Below, piece after piece: positions 13,456 to 24,497 of a stretch of 64,000 nt of DNA. Position numbers and translations under genes: made by a program. Origin of the DNA: Amphiscolops sp. MND2022 (Eukaryota); the NCBI GenBank assembly GCA_964187785.1, contig OZ076418.1, forward strand, positions 16,554,001-16,618,000, in the 5' to 3' direction. The notes beneath the pieces were generated by a model that worked only from the letters and a program-made list of their open reading frames with translations, ran no database searches and had not been told where the DNA came from. Numbering within the stretch: the stretch's first letter is position 1; the number at the start of each line of letters is the position of its first letter.

Positions 13456-14639
13456 TGTCACAACCTCACTGTTGTGCTGGTGCCATTGGGCAATTCTTAA
13501 GAAAACGAGAACTGAAAAACCCGATTTCCAGAAATTCATGAATATTAGATGGTCAACAAGGACAATAAACTAATCCCCCAGCTTCTTACTTTAGTCATGT
13601 AACTTCATATTTGTTAACCAAATTCCATACTGAGTTCAGATTGTTATACATCTGAAGGGTTAGAAGCGTAAATTTCATTGATCATTACATACTATTGAGA
13701 GTTCATGATTGCATAAAACCCAGGTTAGAGTAGAGCAAACACGTGCTAATGAGTAATATGTTACGTAACAATGATTCTTGTCTAGCCCAATTTAGCTTAA
13801 TTACCATTTTGTGCTAGTGACTATGCGGTACTATGCGGTTCGAGTAGTACCGCATACTCATCATTATGCGTTTTTGTCAAGTTCACTATGCGGCATCATA
13901 CGTTTCCAGGTGCGACGAGTACTCGTCACTATACGTCACAACACTATACGTCACACTGCGGTTCGAGTAGTGACGTATACTTGTCACTATGCGGATTCAG
14001 CAGTATTAGCTACAAATACCAGTGTTGCTAGAATATTCTAAATTGCGTTTAAAATAACCTTTTGTATGATGCTATTTATTGAATTCTAGGGTCTTAGTGC
14101 TCTATATTTCTTGAGATATAAATAGAATGACGTCTCCTGACGTAATTCTATTTTTGCAAATCCCTGTATGATACCTGTAAAAAGGAGTGTCATATTTTTA
14201 ATTTTGAGACATTAGTGCAGTTTTAGACCGATCATTCCAAAAAATAGCTTCAGTTGAAAGCAGTAACTCTCAAAAGAAACTACCCAACTGCCATGTAAAT
14301 CAATTTTCATCAACTTTGTTCACCAACTGAACTTTGCTTCATCATAAAACTGCAAAGTAATTCAACTTTTTCTCGGCAACATAACCTTGTTTTTCACTTG
14401 AGTGAGATGGGAAACAGAAGAAACAGGAGACAAGTGATATTGAAAAAGACATTCGGGATCCAAAAATGAGAGGTCTATAGGAGTTCGCGCATCTAATAAC
14501 AAAAATCCAGAATCAGAAAACGACGATAATCCTCTCAGAGCTTCAAAAATGAAAGACTTAAGACATCCAGCCAAATCATTGTACCAAAACGAACTGAACT
14601 TAGAAGACGAAATAATAGCTTCAGAAGAGGATTATCACA
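13456..14639 (+). repeat. 3' LTR of element B
   Basis: Direct repeat of 10871-12054. Confidence 0.93.
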
Positions 14640-14858
14640 TACGGAGATAACAGTAGTCGTTTAGACTAATAAGACAGTTTATGCCAAAAAGGACAATGTT
14701 CTGTTCTCATGCTATGAACTGTGCTAAGTGATATACTTGATTTAATTCTGTTGAGATACACAAGTTTGCTACTGATATTCATCGATTTTAATTCAACTTA
14801 TATATTAGACTTTGCCCTAGTCTATTACATGGCGCAGTCATAAAAGAACTATCTGAGA

Positions 14859-15887
14859 ATGAGCACCGATCCAAACATGTCCGAACAATCGGGACAATCC
14901 GAACAATCGGGAACACAAAATCAATCAACAGCGATGGAAAGAATGGAACAGAACAAGTACAAGATACCAATTCTATCAGACCGGGAGACAGACTTAACAA
15001 AAACCAACCCAAGAATGTCGTGGGAGCAGATATCGGAATATATTGATCTCACATACCACGAAAACTTGGAAGACTTGATGAACCACGGAACCGAAAGTAT
15101 GGATACCCATACAATTTACCAGCTAAAGGGCGATGTCATTTGGGCTCTGGGCCGAAAAGCAAATCATGAAATTATGAGAGGCCAGTGGGGCCGAGAGTTG
15201 AAAGAGGTCAACATTCAAGAAATACTGAAATTATTCAAAAAGACGATCATGCCCGCTCGAAACGTATTTCACAGCAGAGCACATATCTTTAATGTAAAGC
15301 AGGAAGACGATGAGACACTAGATGACTACTGGAAAAGATTAGTGGATATTGAGAGAAAAGATGAGTTCAACCGAATAACGCCCGAAGAAATTATCACATA
15401 CAATTTTACAGCAACGACTAATGACAAAAAGGCCCGGGACAAATTCATCAAAGGCCTATTAAAACTGTCCTAGAAACTATAAAACTTGACAAACTACAAT
15501 AGTAAGTACGGCGACAAAAAGCAAAGAAACATAAAGTCGAAGAGGGCTTCCTCAAACATTGGCTCCAGCGGAGAACAAGTTGCTTTCACTAAGCCTGTTC
15601 GGAAGCGAAGACCGCTAGACTCCGAACGGAAAAAGCCCCCAACCCGGAATTGCCCTTTCTGCGGGAAACCTAACTGGACACCGGAACATACTTGCCCTGC
15701 ACAGTGTAATATTTGTAAAAAGACCAGACATTTTGCCAGGGTTTGCAAAAGCAAGACCATGAACCGGATACATGACGAAGATGAAAAGGACAGCAACACC
15801 GAGCCATGGCCTGAAGTGGATCATATTCAGTCCACCAACGACGTCAACCGGATAGACTTCTACAAAGCAATCCTATTGGTGGAGTGA
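14859..15887 (+). pseudogene. gag of element A (frameshifted)
   Basis: Capsid-like KQEDDETLDDYWKRL segment. Zinc-knuckle remnants CPFCGKPNW...HTCPA and CNICKKTRHFARVC. Split over two ORFs. Confidence 0.85.
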
Positions 15888-18800
15888 CAGCCAATAGAAT
15901 TTATCATTGATACTGGATCCCCAATTACCAATATTCCACCGATAATCAATCCGAAGAAACTGACGAAGATAACAAAATGTTTCGTAGACGTTAATAAAAA
16001 TCCGATAAAATTCAAACGCGAGGCACTGGTAGAAGTCAAGACGGAAAAAAACAGAGTTATGTTACCAATTCTTATAACCGAGAACAAAGATACAAGGCCA
16101 TTACTGGGCCTTGACTGGTTAGATAAAATGGAAATCGGATTGCAAGGCAACCGGAATACGAACATAGTCCGGAACATAACTGTAGACGAGAGAAGCACGA
16201 AAGTTCTCGACGAATTTGAGGATCTGTTTAAGAACAACCACACGATAGAGTGCCTAACAATCGATATCCAGTTGAAAGAAGACGTCAAACCCATCCAACA
16301 GAAGGGGAGACCGGTGCCAATCCACTTCCAGAACAGCGTACGGCATGAGTTAGAAAACTTTTTCGAAAAAGGACACCTAGAGAAGGCAGATGGAACGACA
16401 GAAATGTTTTTTATTTCACCGGCCTTAATAACCATAAAGAAAAATAACTCGGTCAAAATAGCCTTGGACTCCAGAAATCTGAATGAATCCTGCATAAAGA
16501 GAAAGGCTGCCATGCCGAACATGGAAAAATTGATCAGCAAAATTTCCGCAGAAGTCACTAAAAACAATGGAGAATTATGGATGTCAAAAATTGACCTGGA
16601 TTATGCTGACGGACAAGCCAAATTGTCCAAGGAAGCCATAAAGCGTTGTGTATTCTCCATAATCGGCGGCAACTTCACGGTCACTACCGATTCAAGAAAG
16701 GTTTTTACGGGCTGTCAAACTTTCCAACCGTCTTTCAAGAGCATATCGACCAAGTATTGGAGTTCAAAACACCAGTATGGTTAAACGACATTATCTGTGT
16801 AACGAACGCCTCTGTTGATGACCACGAACGAGAACTAGGGCAAATACTTTCTCAATTTGATGAAGCTGGATATCGTGCAAGCGCGAAGAAGACCGAAATG
16901 TCCAAAAAGGAAAGGACATGGCTCGGCTATTACATAAACCAGAACGGAGTAAAGCCAATAAAAGACGAAACCGAAGCAAAAACAAATTTGGCCGCCCCGA
17001 AAAATGTGAAGGAGCTAAAATCATTTCTGGGCTCGATTCAACACCTGTCCAAGTTCATAAACAACATATCCAAGATTCCAAGTGGAAATGGACGACCGAG
17101 ATAGATGACGACTTTGAGAAATTGAAGAAAGAGATCCTTGGAGCGCCGTGCCTGACGCACTTTAACCCGAAGAAGGACAACTACGTGACTATCGATGCAT
17201 GCAACATTAATTTGAGAGCCACATTGTGGCAGAAAGAGGGGGAGGTTTTTAGACCCATCGCTTTTGCTAGTAAATTTTTAAGCGATTGTGAGAGGAATTA
17301 CGCGAGTAATGAGTTGGAATAACTGGGAGCAATGTGAGGGTTAGAACATTTTAGATACTACGTTTATGGAAAAAAGGTAAATTTGTTAACGGATCACTAG
17401 GCGTTACAGCTGTTGCTAAAACGCAACCGAGCTCACAAACAGTATAGTGCAAGATTACCGCGTTGGCTAGACCGCTTGAGCCACTTCAATGTAAATGTCC
17501 AATACACCGCCGGTAAAAACATTCCGCTGGCGGAATATCTAAGCCGTCATCCGAAAGCGCACTCCGATGAGTCCGAAGTGAATAACAAAACGATCCGTCT
17601 AGACGAGACGGAAGAACAGTTCGTCATAAATCAGATATACGGCTTATTTGACTTTAACCGAACATTTGGAAGCATTACGCATTTCATTGAACAAACGACG
17701 GCATTGCAGCAAACCAACCGACCAATCACAACGCGACCAGCTAATACGCGAGCTGCATCGAACCGGTCATTCATTTGAAGCTTTATTGAATAACAACCGT
17801 TAAAAGCCAGCATGATTAGGTGAACGGAATCGAAAGGGAGTTCATCTTCAAAAGAAGGGGCCATGCCCCCGAAACCGACCGCTTAAGAAAGGAGAGAAAC
17901 CGTAACCTGAAACCGGACAGGATGCGAATTGTCGGCGGAGAAGGACAAGGAAACGAGAGACTGCAGGAATACCGGCCATCACAAGAAGGCTGCAAGCAAG
18001 TTGAAAGACTAAACATCGAAATCTATAACAGATTCTTCAATTATTGCGCGACACTTGGCACTACTCCCTTCCAAGAGTACCAACAAAAAAATCACGAGTC
18101 CTGGTTGAATTACTCAGACGGAGAAAGTCAAGAAAGCCGCTTACAACACGAGAATTGCCCGACGAGCGTCCTGAAGAAACCTAATAAACACGAAAGCGGT
18201 AATTTGATCCGACTCAAGCAAACGGCCAAACGGAACACTGTGGAGTCTGAGCAAAAAGAAAAACTGCTGAAGCTATCCAGAGGGCCGAGAATAATTTTGC
18301 ACTGGATCTACCCATGCTAGTAGAAGAGACGGCCCGGGATGTGAAAATCCTAAATGCAATTTCGGCCCTAGAGTCCAATCAAATTGAGAGCATCTTTTAC
18401 CCCTACCGCCCCCACAGAAATCATCTGTCTACACGATATTGCTTGCTATTTTACAATGAAAAAGTCATCGTTCCGGAAGCAATTGGGACAACAGTGGTGG
18501 CGATGCTACATCATGGACATGCAGCGGTCGACAAGATGAGCCAAGCAGCGGAAGCCTTCTGGTGGCCAGGGATGTACCGCGAAATACAGGAGAAATCTGA
18601 AAATTGTCCCAGCTGTAGAACTGCAGACAAGAACCCTAAAACGCAATAACCAGCCAGGGAAATAAACTGTTTAGAAATTTCAACCGAACCGAACCAAGAA
18701 TTTCAATTGGACTTCGCTGGTCCAATCAAATCCAAAACTCGCAGTGATGTTTATATTTTAGAAGGTGTAGACCGTTTTAGTAAGTGGTCCACCGCACAGA

Positions 18801-20308
18801 TTAGTAAGAATACGGACACTCGGACCGTAAAACAGTTTTGACGAAATTTTTCTCAGACAACGGAAACCACGGACCATCCGTACCGATAACGGTACCTGCT
18901 TTAAAAGCAACGAATTTAAAGAATTTTGCGCCGGCGAAAATATAAAACGCATCCGCTGCACACCGAACCTTCATACTGGCAGGGGATTTGTCGAAAGGAC
19001 CATCCGAACAATTAAGTCGCTAACTAGAGCCAATTTGGAGGATGGATAAACTTTTGAAGAGAGTGTCCAATTAGCCATTAAGACGATTAGACAAACACCG
19101 CATAGTAAATTAAATATGACTCCTTTTCAAATGCATTTCGGGAGAAAACCGCGCACGACGATTACCAATATGATTGGCCAGCCATCATGCCTGCTGTCCA
19201 ATTGGAAGAAAACTGTGACCAAGTACGTTTTAGCACAGCTGACAGAGCTGCAGGTGTTTACTATACATGACTCTGACGGAGAGATGGCTGACTACCTCGT
19301 CCTGAATGAAAACAAGATCTCGCTCGGTAAGCCAACATTTTAAACAGTACCAGTTATACGAAAAGGAGGATAAACCCAAAGCCATGAAGTGCAGGTTCAA
19401 AACAAATAAAACTCTAACAGCCGTGAAAGAATCAGGCCTTACTATCACCACGGCGGACGGGAAAATAATACAAAAAACTAGCCTCTAACCCGTTGAAAAT
19501 TCAGCCACCAAAGAAACCGGAAGAGTCCAGGAAGCCAACCAACAGGTGCCGCAGATGCGGTAAATTCACCCAGGGTGACTTTTGCGAGACCCACCAACGA
19601 TTAATGTCAGTAAAGCTGAAACAAGACAAGGCCAGCACGAGCAAGTCCTTCCGGAAAATACCGAACCGTGATGCCAAAGAAGACAGAACCACCATCATGA
19701 AAATTTAGCCACTAAAGAAACCGGAAGAGTCCAGGAAGCCAACCAACAGGTGCCGCAGATGCGGTAATTTCACCCAGGGTGACTTCTGCGAGACCCACAA
19801 ACGGTTAATGTCAGAAAAACTGAAACAAGGCGAGGCCAGCACGAGCAAGTCCTTCTGGAAAATTCCGAACCGTGGTGCCGAAGAAGAGAGAACCGTCATC
19901 ACAATCACGACGGACAGCCAGACGACCGATGCGGAAGAAAGTAGAACTGCAGCGGACGAACACCCCGAAGCCGACGAGACCACGGTGATCAAAGCCCCAC
20001 CGCCGACCACAGTCACAGGCCGCACACTAACGACCGAAACCCCAATGCCGTCCTCACCCATCTGTTGCAGCACCGGAATTAGCACCCGTACCAACGGACG
20101 GGACCCAACGGCAACTCCGACAAAACCATCGGATACCATCGCCGAACCGCCGGAAGAAGGTAGAGTATATGGTAGGAGAGGGGGGCGGGTAGAAACCGCT
20201 AATAAAGACGTAGATAAAGTTTTTAAAAAAATCCCAAGTGAAAATCAGGATGTCAGGAGGTCTAGTAGGATAAGAACCGCAAAACGGGTGGAAAAGATGG
20301 GGGCATAG
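15880..20308 (+). pseudogene. pol of element A (PR, RT, RNase H, integrase, C-terminal extension), multiply disrupted
   Basis: FIIDTGSP (about 15900). RT motifs VKIALDSRNLN, MSKIDLDYA, FGL..FPTVFQ-like and PVWLNDII. RNase H IDACN and FASKFLSDCERNY...ELE. Integrase HHGH...WWPGMY...CPSC, LDFAGP and DNGTCF. Many stops and frameshifts. Confidence 0.9.
19496..19905 (+). repeat. About 204-bp tandem duplication in the integrase tail of A
   Basis: AAGAAACCGGAAGAGTCCAGGAAGCCAACCAACAGGTGCCGCAGATGCGG occurs at about 19511 and 19715. Confidence 0.9.
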
Positions 20309-20468
20309 AATGTTTCTGATAACACTTAGTTGGTTTAGAGAAAGACACGACGTCACCCAGGCGCATCATGAAAACTTTCAAGAAGCTCAAGCTGGACCAG
20401 CAAGAAAAGACCGCAATCAAGAAATCCAAGGAGTGGTTTCCCTGATTCCTCATCCACAAAGGGGGGAA

Positions 20469-20661
20469 TGTTACGGAGATAAGAGTAGTCGTTTAGACTA
20501 TTTAGGCAGTACCTGCCAAAAAGGACAATGTTCTGTTCTCATGCTATGAACTGCGCTAAGTGATACGCTTGATTTAGCTTTGTTGAGATATACAAGTTGG
20601 CTACTGATATTCATCGATTTTATTTCAACTTATTTATTAGACTTTTCCTTAGTCGATTACA
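20469..20661 (+). repeat. 3' LTR of element A
   Basis: TGTTAC...ATTACA, preceded by the PPT and followed by TSD GAGTT. Confidence 0.92.
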
Positions 20662-21372
20662 GAGTTCCCTGTTTGGCCCGGTAATGTGTGTTTGGAAGTT
20701 TAGGAAAAAAATCCCAAAATTTTTTCCAGATTCTGCAATTTTGAATCACTACATTCTCCAATTTTCTGCCGATAATATTGACCCTCTATAAAATTACTGT
20801 GAGTACTGTGTCAAATGGCGAAGAAAATTTGTTCCTGTTACTGTTTGAGTTGAAAAGCCAAACTAGACAAAAATGATCCAAATTATTGGCAACTTTTGAC
20901 CATTATACCAAAGGCCAAGTGGTTCCCGACTAGTTTCTCAAACACAAGGTTTTTCCCAACTGTGTTGATTCCAAAGAAGGTTTTCAAAACTCTCTCTCTA
21001 TCGTTTTTTCTATCTGTGTTGGTGGTGGTCCCGTCATTGAGAAAAGGATTCAGAGTATTTCGAAAAATGGGTTATGATACTCATTACTGGCTAAGTAAAG
21101 GCGAAAAACGTTATATAAACTTCGTGTTAACTGAATTTTTGACAAACGGTAATTTTGCTTGTCAATTTGCAATATCAAATTTGGAATATTATTGTATTAA
21201 TCCCTGTGGCATCGAAGGCTCTCAAAATCAAATGGATCAGCATTTCAATCACTTTACGCAAAAAAACTCGATACTCTTTGGGGAAAACCTTGGCAACAAA
21301 ATTGCGGTAACATTGAGTCGGCAAATAGTGAACTGGCAAAAGCAGACAATAGAGAAAACATGTCAAAGTTTA

Positions 21373-21663
21373 GCTTCTCTGGAAAAATGTTGTTCGGATT
21401 TTTCTTAACTGTTTTCCTGAAACCCAGTTTCAACTTTCGAATGAGTGTTGATGTGAATTGGGCAAAAATATGTTTGCGTATCTTAGTTTGTAGCTTTTGT
21501 TGAAGTTTCAGCGATCAGTTTGAGTTACAAAGAATGTTGAGTATCTGGAAACTCATCACCTTTGGCGAAAACTTCTTGTCTTTCCACGTGAAGAGTCTAT
21601 AGACTATACTGGGTTTCAGGAAAACAGTTAAGAAAAATCCGAACAACATTTTTTCAAAGAAGC
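21373..21663. repeat. Foldback/inverted repeat (about 56-bp arms), right arm truncated by element C
   Basis: 21373-21428 is the reverse complement of 21608-21663 with 2 mismatches. Confidence 0.85.
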
Positions 21664-22731
21664 TGTCGCAAGCTGCCGCCTGCGACGGCATATTCTATCA
21701 GATACCAGGAAACAGTACTCTTAACCCCCCACCAGGAGTATTGCCAATTTAATCAGCATCGGACCACGAGTACGAACGCCTACAAACAATATATTACTGT
21801 TAGACTGAAATTAATTTCACACATATTCGACCTTAAGTCGATTTGCCTACAACAAACTTATGTATTAATTAAACGCACTACTGGTCACTTGTAATATGCT
21901 TTTAGTATTTGTGTTTGTAATACCTTTTGGAAATCAATAAATTGTTGTAATGTTAGAATGTAAAAGGCGCTATAATTTAATACTTGAATTGAAACGCACA
22001 AGTAAGCAGGTTACAGGAAACGAGTTCAAATGATCGTTTCCTGTAGCTAGCTGTACGCGGCGTCCTCCAATATATTGACCAATCACAGCGCTGTACATTT
22101 AGTGTAGACGCATGGACCGGTGGTCCGCTTTATTATTATTTGCTGTTGCCATTGAACTATTGTGCTTAGTGCTGTAGACGCATGGACCAATGGTCCGCTA
22201 TAGTGCTTTTGATTTAAATAGGTACTCATCGATAGAGTAAAGTGTTTAGACGTGATTTAGATCTAATTTAATGTTGTTTGCCAATACATTAGTAGCCTAT
22301 TTGAATGAATGTCATGTAATACTTGAATAATCATGCATTTTACATATATATATATTTATATTAATATATACATATATACACATATTCGTGTTACTATTAA
22401 ACCCAGACCTTAGGGCTAAGCCGCCTTGTCCTTCAAAGTTACTTTGATGCTATTTTTATCTGTAACAATCAAGTGACGTAATGTTGATGTAATCCCTTAG
22501 AACTATTTCTGGAATTCGTTGCCTATTTATAGTAACATGACAACCTAAATTATGCTGATCATGCAGTGTGACATATAAATAGCAGGGACGATAGGTCCCG
22601 GGGATGATTATTGTTGCTATCTACACCCATACAAACGTTCTCAACATTACGATTATTGTTCTCTTTGTTTGATGAAACTATCACGGTACAACCAGTTCAA
22701 TCAATTTTATTATTGAATTGACTAATTTTCA

Positions 22732-24495
22732 ATGCCTTCAACTAGAAAGCAAAAGGCCAAAGAAAGGCGCTCTAGGCAATTGGACATCATGTCCGATGTG
22801 GAAAATGTCGATATTATGCTAGGAAGTTACTCAAGGGATGGTGAGGGTAACGCTAGTGAAGATGAAATGAATTTGGACTCAGAGTCCAACAGGCTACAAC
22901 AAGGTTCAAACGTTATCGGTGAAGACTTTAGGTCTTTATTAAATACAAACAGTAGAGAAAACAGCCAGGTTACAATTGAAACCACTAGAATGATTAGTGA
23001 TGAAATATCTAACCAAGTCTCAAGAAGATTAAATGAAATCAAAACTAGCTTAAATTTCCAAATACAAGACGCAATTAGCAATGCAATCACTGAAAAAATA
23101 CTTCCGTCTATCCAAAATACGCTAGAAATGCAGGGGAGACCTAATTTCACCATGGTGGACCGAAGGTCCAACGGGCTACATCCCAGCCCAAAGTCGACCG
23201 AATTCACCATGAAGGACCAAAGGTCCAGTGGGCTACAACGGAACGCCGAAGTAGGAAATTCGCAGGAAATGGTGGAAAACCGCCCTAAAACGTGTTTTAC
23301 ACAGGAAAATGGTAGACAGATGTCTAGAGAGAGTTCAACAGACTCTATAAACAGCGAACAAAATCGCGACATGGTGACAGGAGCCAACCCTACCCCACAT
23401 ATGGTTCCTGAGTTTCTCACTGGACGTCCCATGCAATCCCGTGAACCCCTGCAACGTCGAAACTCCAACAATGACGAGTCCCAGGAAACAATCCCCCAGG
23501 TTTCTGAGACTACAGCACCTACTACTGGTTCTGACCCCATTAACCGCCTAGCTGAAGTATTGGTTGGCATGAATAACAGACCATCAGCGCAAACACTAAT
23601 GGTACGTCCTGTCAGCTCCACCACGCTGACATTTGACGGCAAGTCAGAGAAATTCGAACTTTTCGAAGATCTCTTTCACACAATGATCAAAATGCAACCA
23701 GATATGACTGAAGCCATGAAAATCAACCACTTTCATTCATTGTTACGCAAAAACGCCCTACAAACTTTTCGTAACATTAACACGGCAAACAGGCAAACCT
23801 TGGAGGACATCCTGGCAGTATTCCGCAGGAAATACGTCAAGCCTGAGTCCCAGGCGACCGCCAAACACAAATGGCACCGATTAGTGTTCGATCCAAACAC
23901 CATGAAACTGCCCGACTTCCTTGAAGAACTCAATCAAGGAGCTGAAAAAGCGTTTGGCGAGAACGCCCAGGCCATGATCGATAGCCTCCTTTATGCCAAA
24001 CTGCCGCCAAAACTGAAACGCTCAGTCAATATGGCTAGACTAGAAAATGCGACTTATGAGGAAATAGTTACTCATCTGGAAAGAGAATTAGAACTCAATG
24101 GACTTGAGGAGGGTGATGACATTCCAATCCCAACAATGTCTACGGCCCCGACAGCAACACGACCGGGTACAGGCCTTCTTTCCTCTGGAATTGACCCGGG
24201 AATTACCTGCAATTATTGCAAAAAACCAGGTCACACAAAGGATGATTGCCGCAAATTAAAAAGGAAAGAAGAACAAAAACGCAATGACGGCCAGAATACC
24301 AGAAAAGAGTATCCAAAGTGCCCGACTTGTGACAAAACGAACCACCCGGCGGAACGGTGTTGGAAAGGCGCTGGAGCCCACCTCAAACCTAAGAACCTCA
24401 AACTAGAGGACTCCAAAACTGACGACCCGTCCACTAGTAACAACGATGTCCAACACAAACAAACAACCTCTATCCTGAAAAACCCAAAAAACTAG
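22732..24495 (+). CDS. gag: Gag polyprotein of element C (587 aa)
   Basis: Capsid-like FDGKSEKFELFEDLF...INHFHSLLR region. Two CCHC knuckles CNYCKKPGHTKDDC and CPTCDKTNHPAERC. Uninterrupted. Confidence 0.93.
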   Translation: MPSTRKQKAKERRSRQLDIMSDVENVDIMLGSYSRDGEGNASEDEMNLDSESNRLQQGSNVIGEDFRSLLNTNSRENSQVTIETTRMISDEISNQVSRRLNEIKTSLNFQIQDAISNAITEKILPSIQNTLEMQGRPNFTMVDRRSNGLHPSPKSTEFTMKDQRSSGLQRNAEVGNSQEMVENRPKTCFTQENGRQMSRESSTDSINSEQNRDMVTGANPTPHMVPEFLTGRPMQSREPLQRRNSNNDESQETIPQVSETTAPTTGSDPINRLAEVLVGMNNRPSAQTLMVRPVSSTTLTFDGKSEKFELFEDLFHTMIKMQPDMTEAMKINHFHSLLRKNALQTFRNINTANRQTLEDILAVFRRKYVKPESQATAKHKWHRLVFDPNTMKLPDFLEELNQGAEKAFGENAQAMIDSLLYAKLPPKLKRSVNMARLENATYEEIVTHLERELELNGLEEGDDIPIPTMSTAPTATRPGTGLLSSGIDPGITCNYCKKPGHTKDDCRKLKRKEEQKRNDGQNTRKEYPKCPTCDKTNHPAERCWKGAGAHLKPKNLKLEDSKTDDPSTSNNDVQHKQTTSILKNPKN

Positions 24496-24497
24496 AT

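Larger units (their letters stand above)
10871..14639 (+). mobile_element. Non-autonomous Gypsy element B (LARD-like) nested in A
   Basis: 1184-bp direct repeats TGTCAC...TATCACA. TSD TACGG (10866-10870, 14640-14644). PBS TGGTGACAGGAGCC at 12055; purine tract AAAAGTGCGGGAC before 13456. The 1.4-kb interior has only gag remnants and no pol. Confidence 0.92.
10863..20661 (+). mobile_element. Ty3/Gypsy LTR retrotransposon A (decayed; 5' LTR interrupted by element B)
   Basis: LTRs TGTTACGG...ATTACA: 5' copy is 10863-10870 plus 14640-14829, 3' copy is 20469-20661, about 10% diverged by eye. 5-bp TSD GAGTT (10858-10862, 20662-20666). PBS TGGCGCAGTC at 14830; PPT AAAGGGGGGAA before 20469. Domain order gag-PR-RT-RH-IN. 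Confidence 0.92.

Noticed and set aside
22827-23642. 271-aa antisense ORF over gag of element C (likewise 15860-16567 over pol of A)
   Set aside because: Ser/Leu/Phe-rich shadow of the sense ORF with no domain features.
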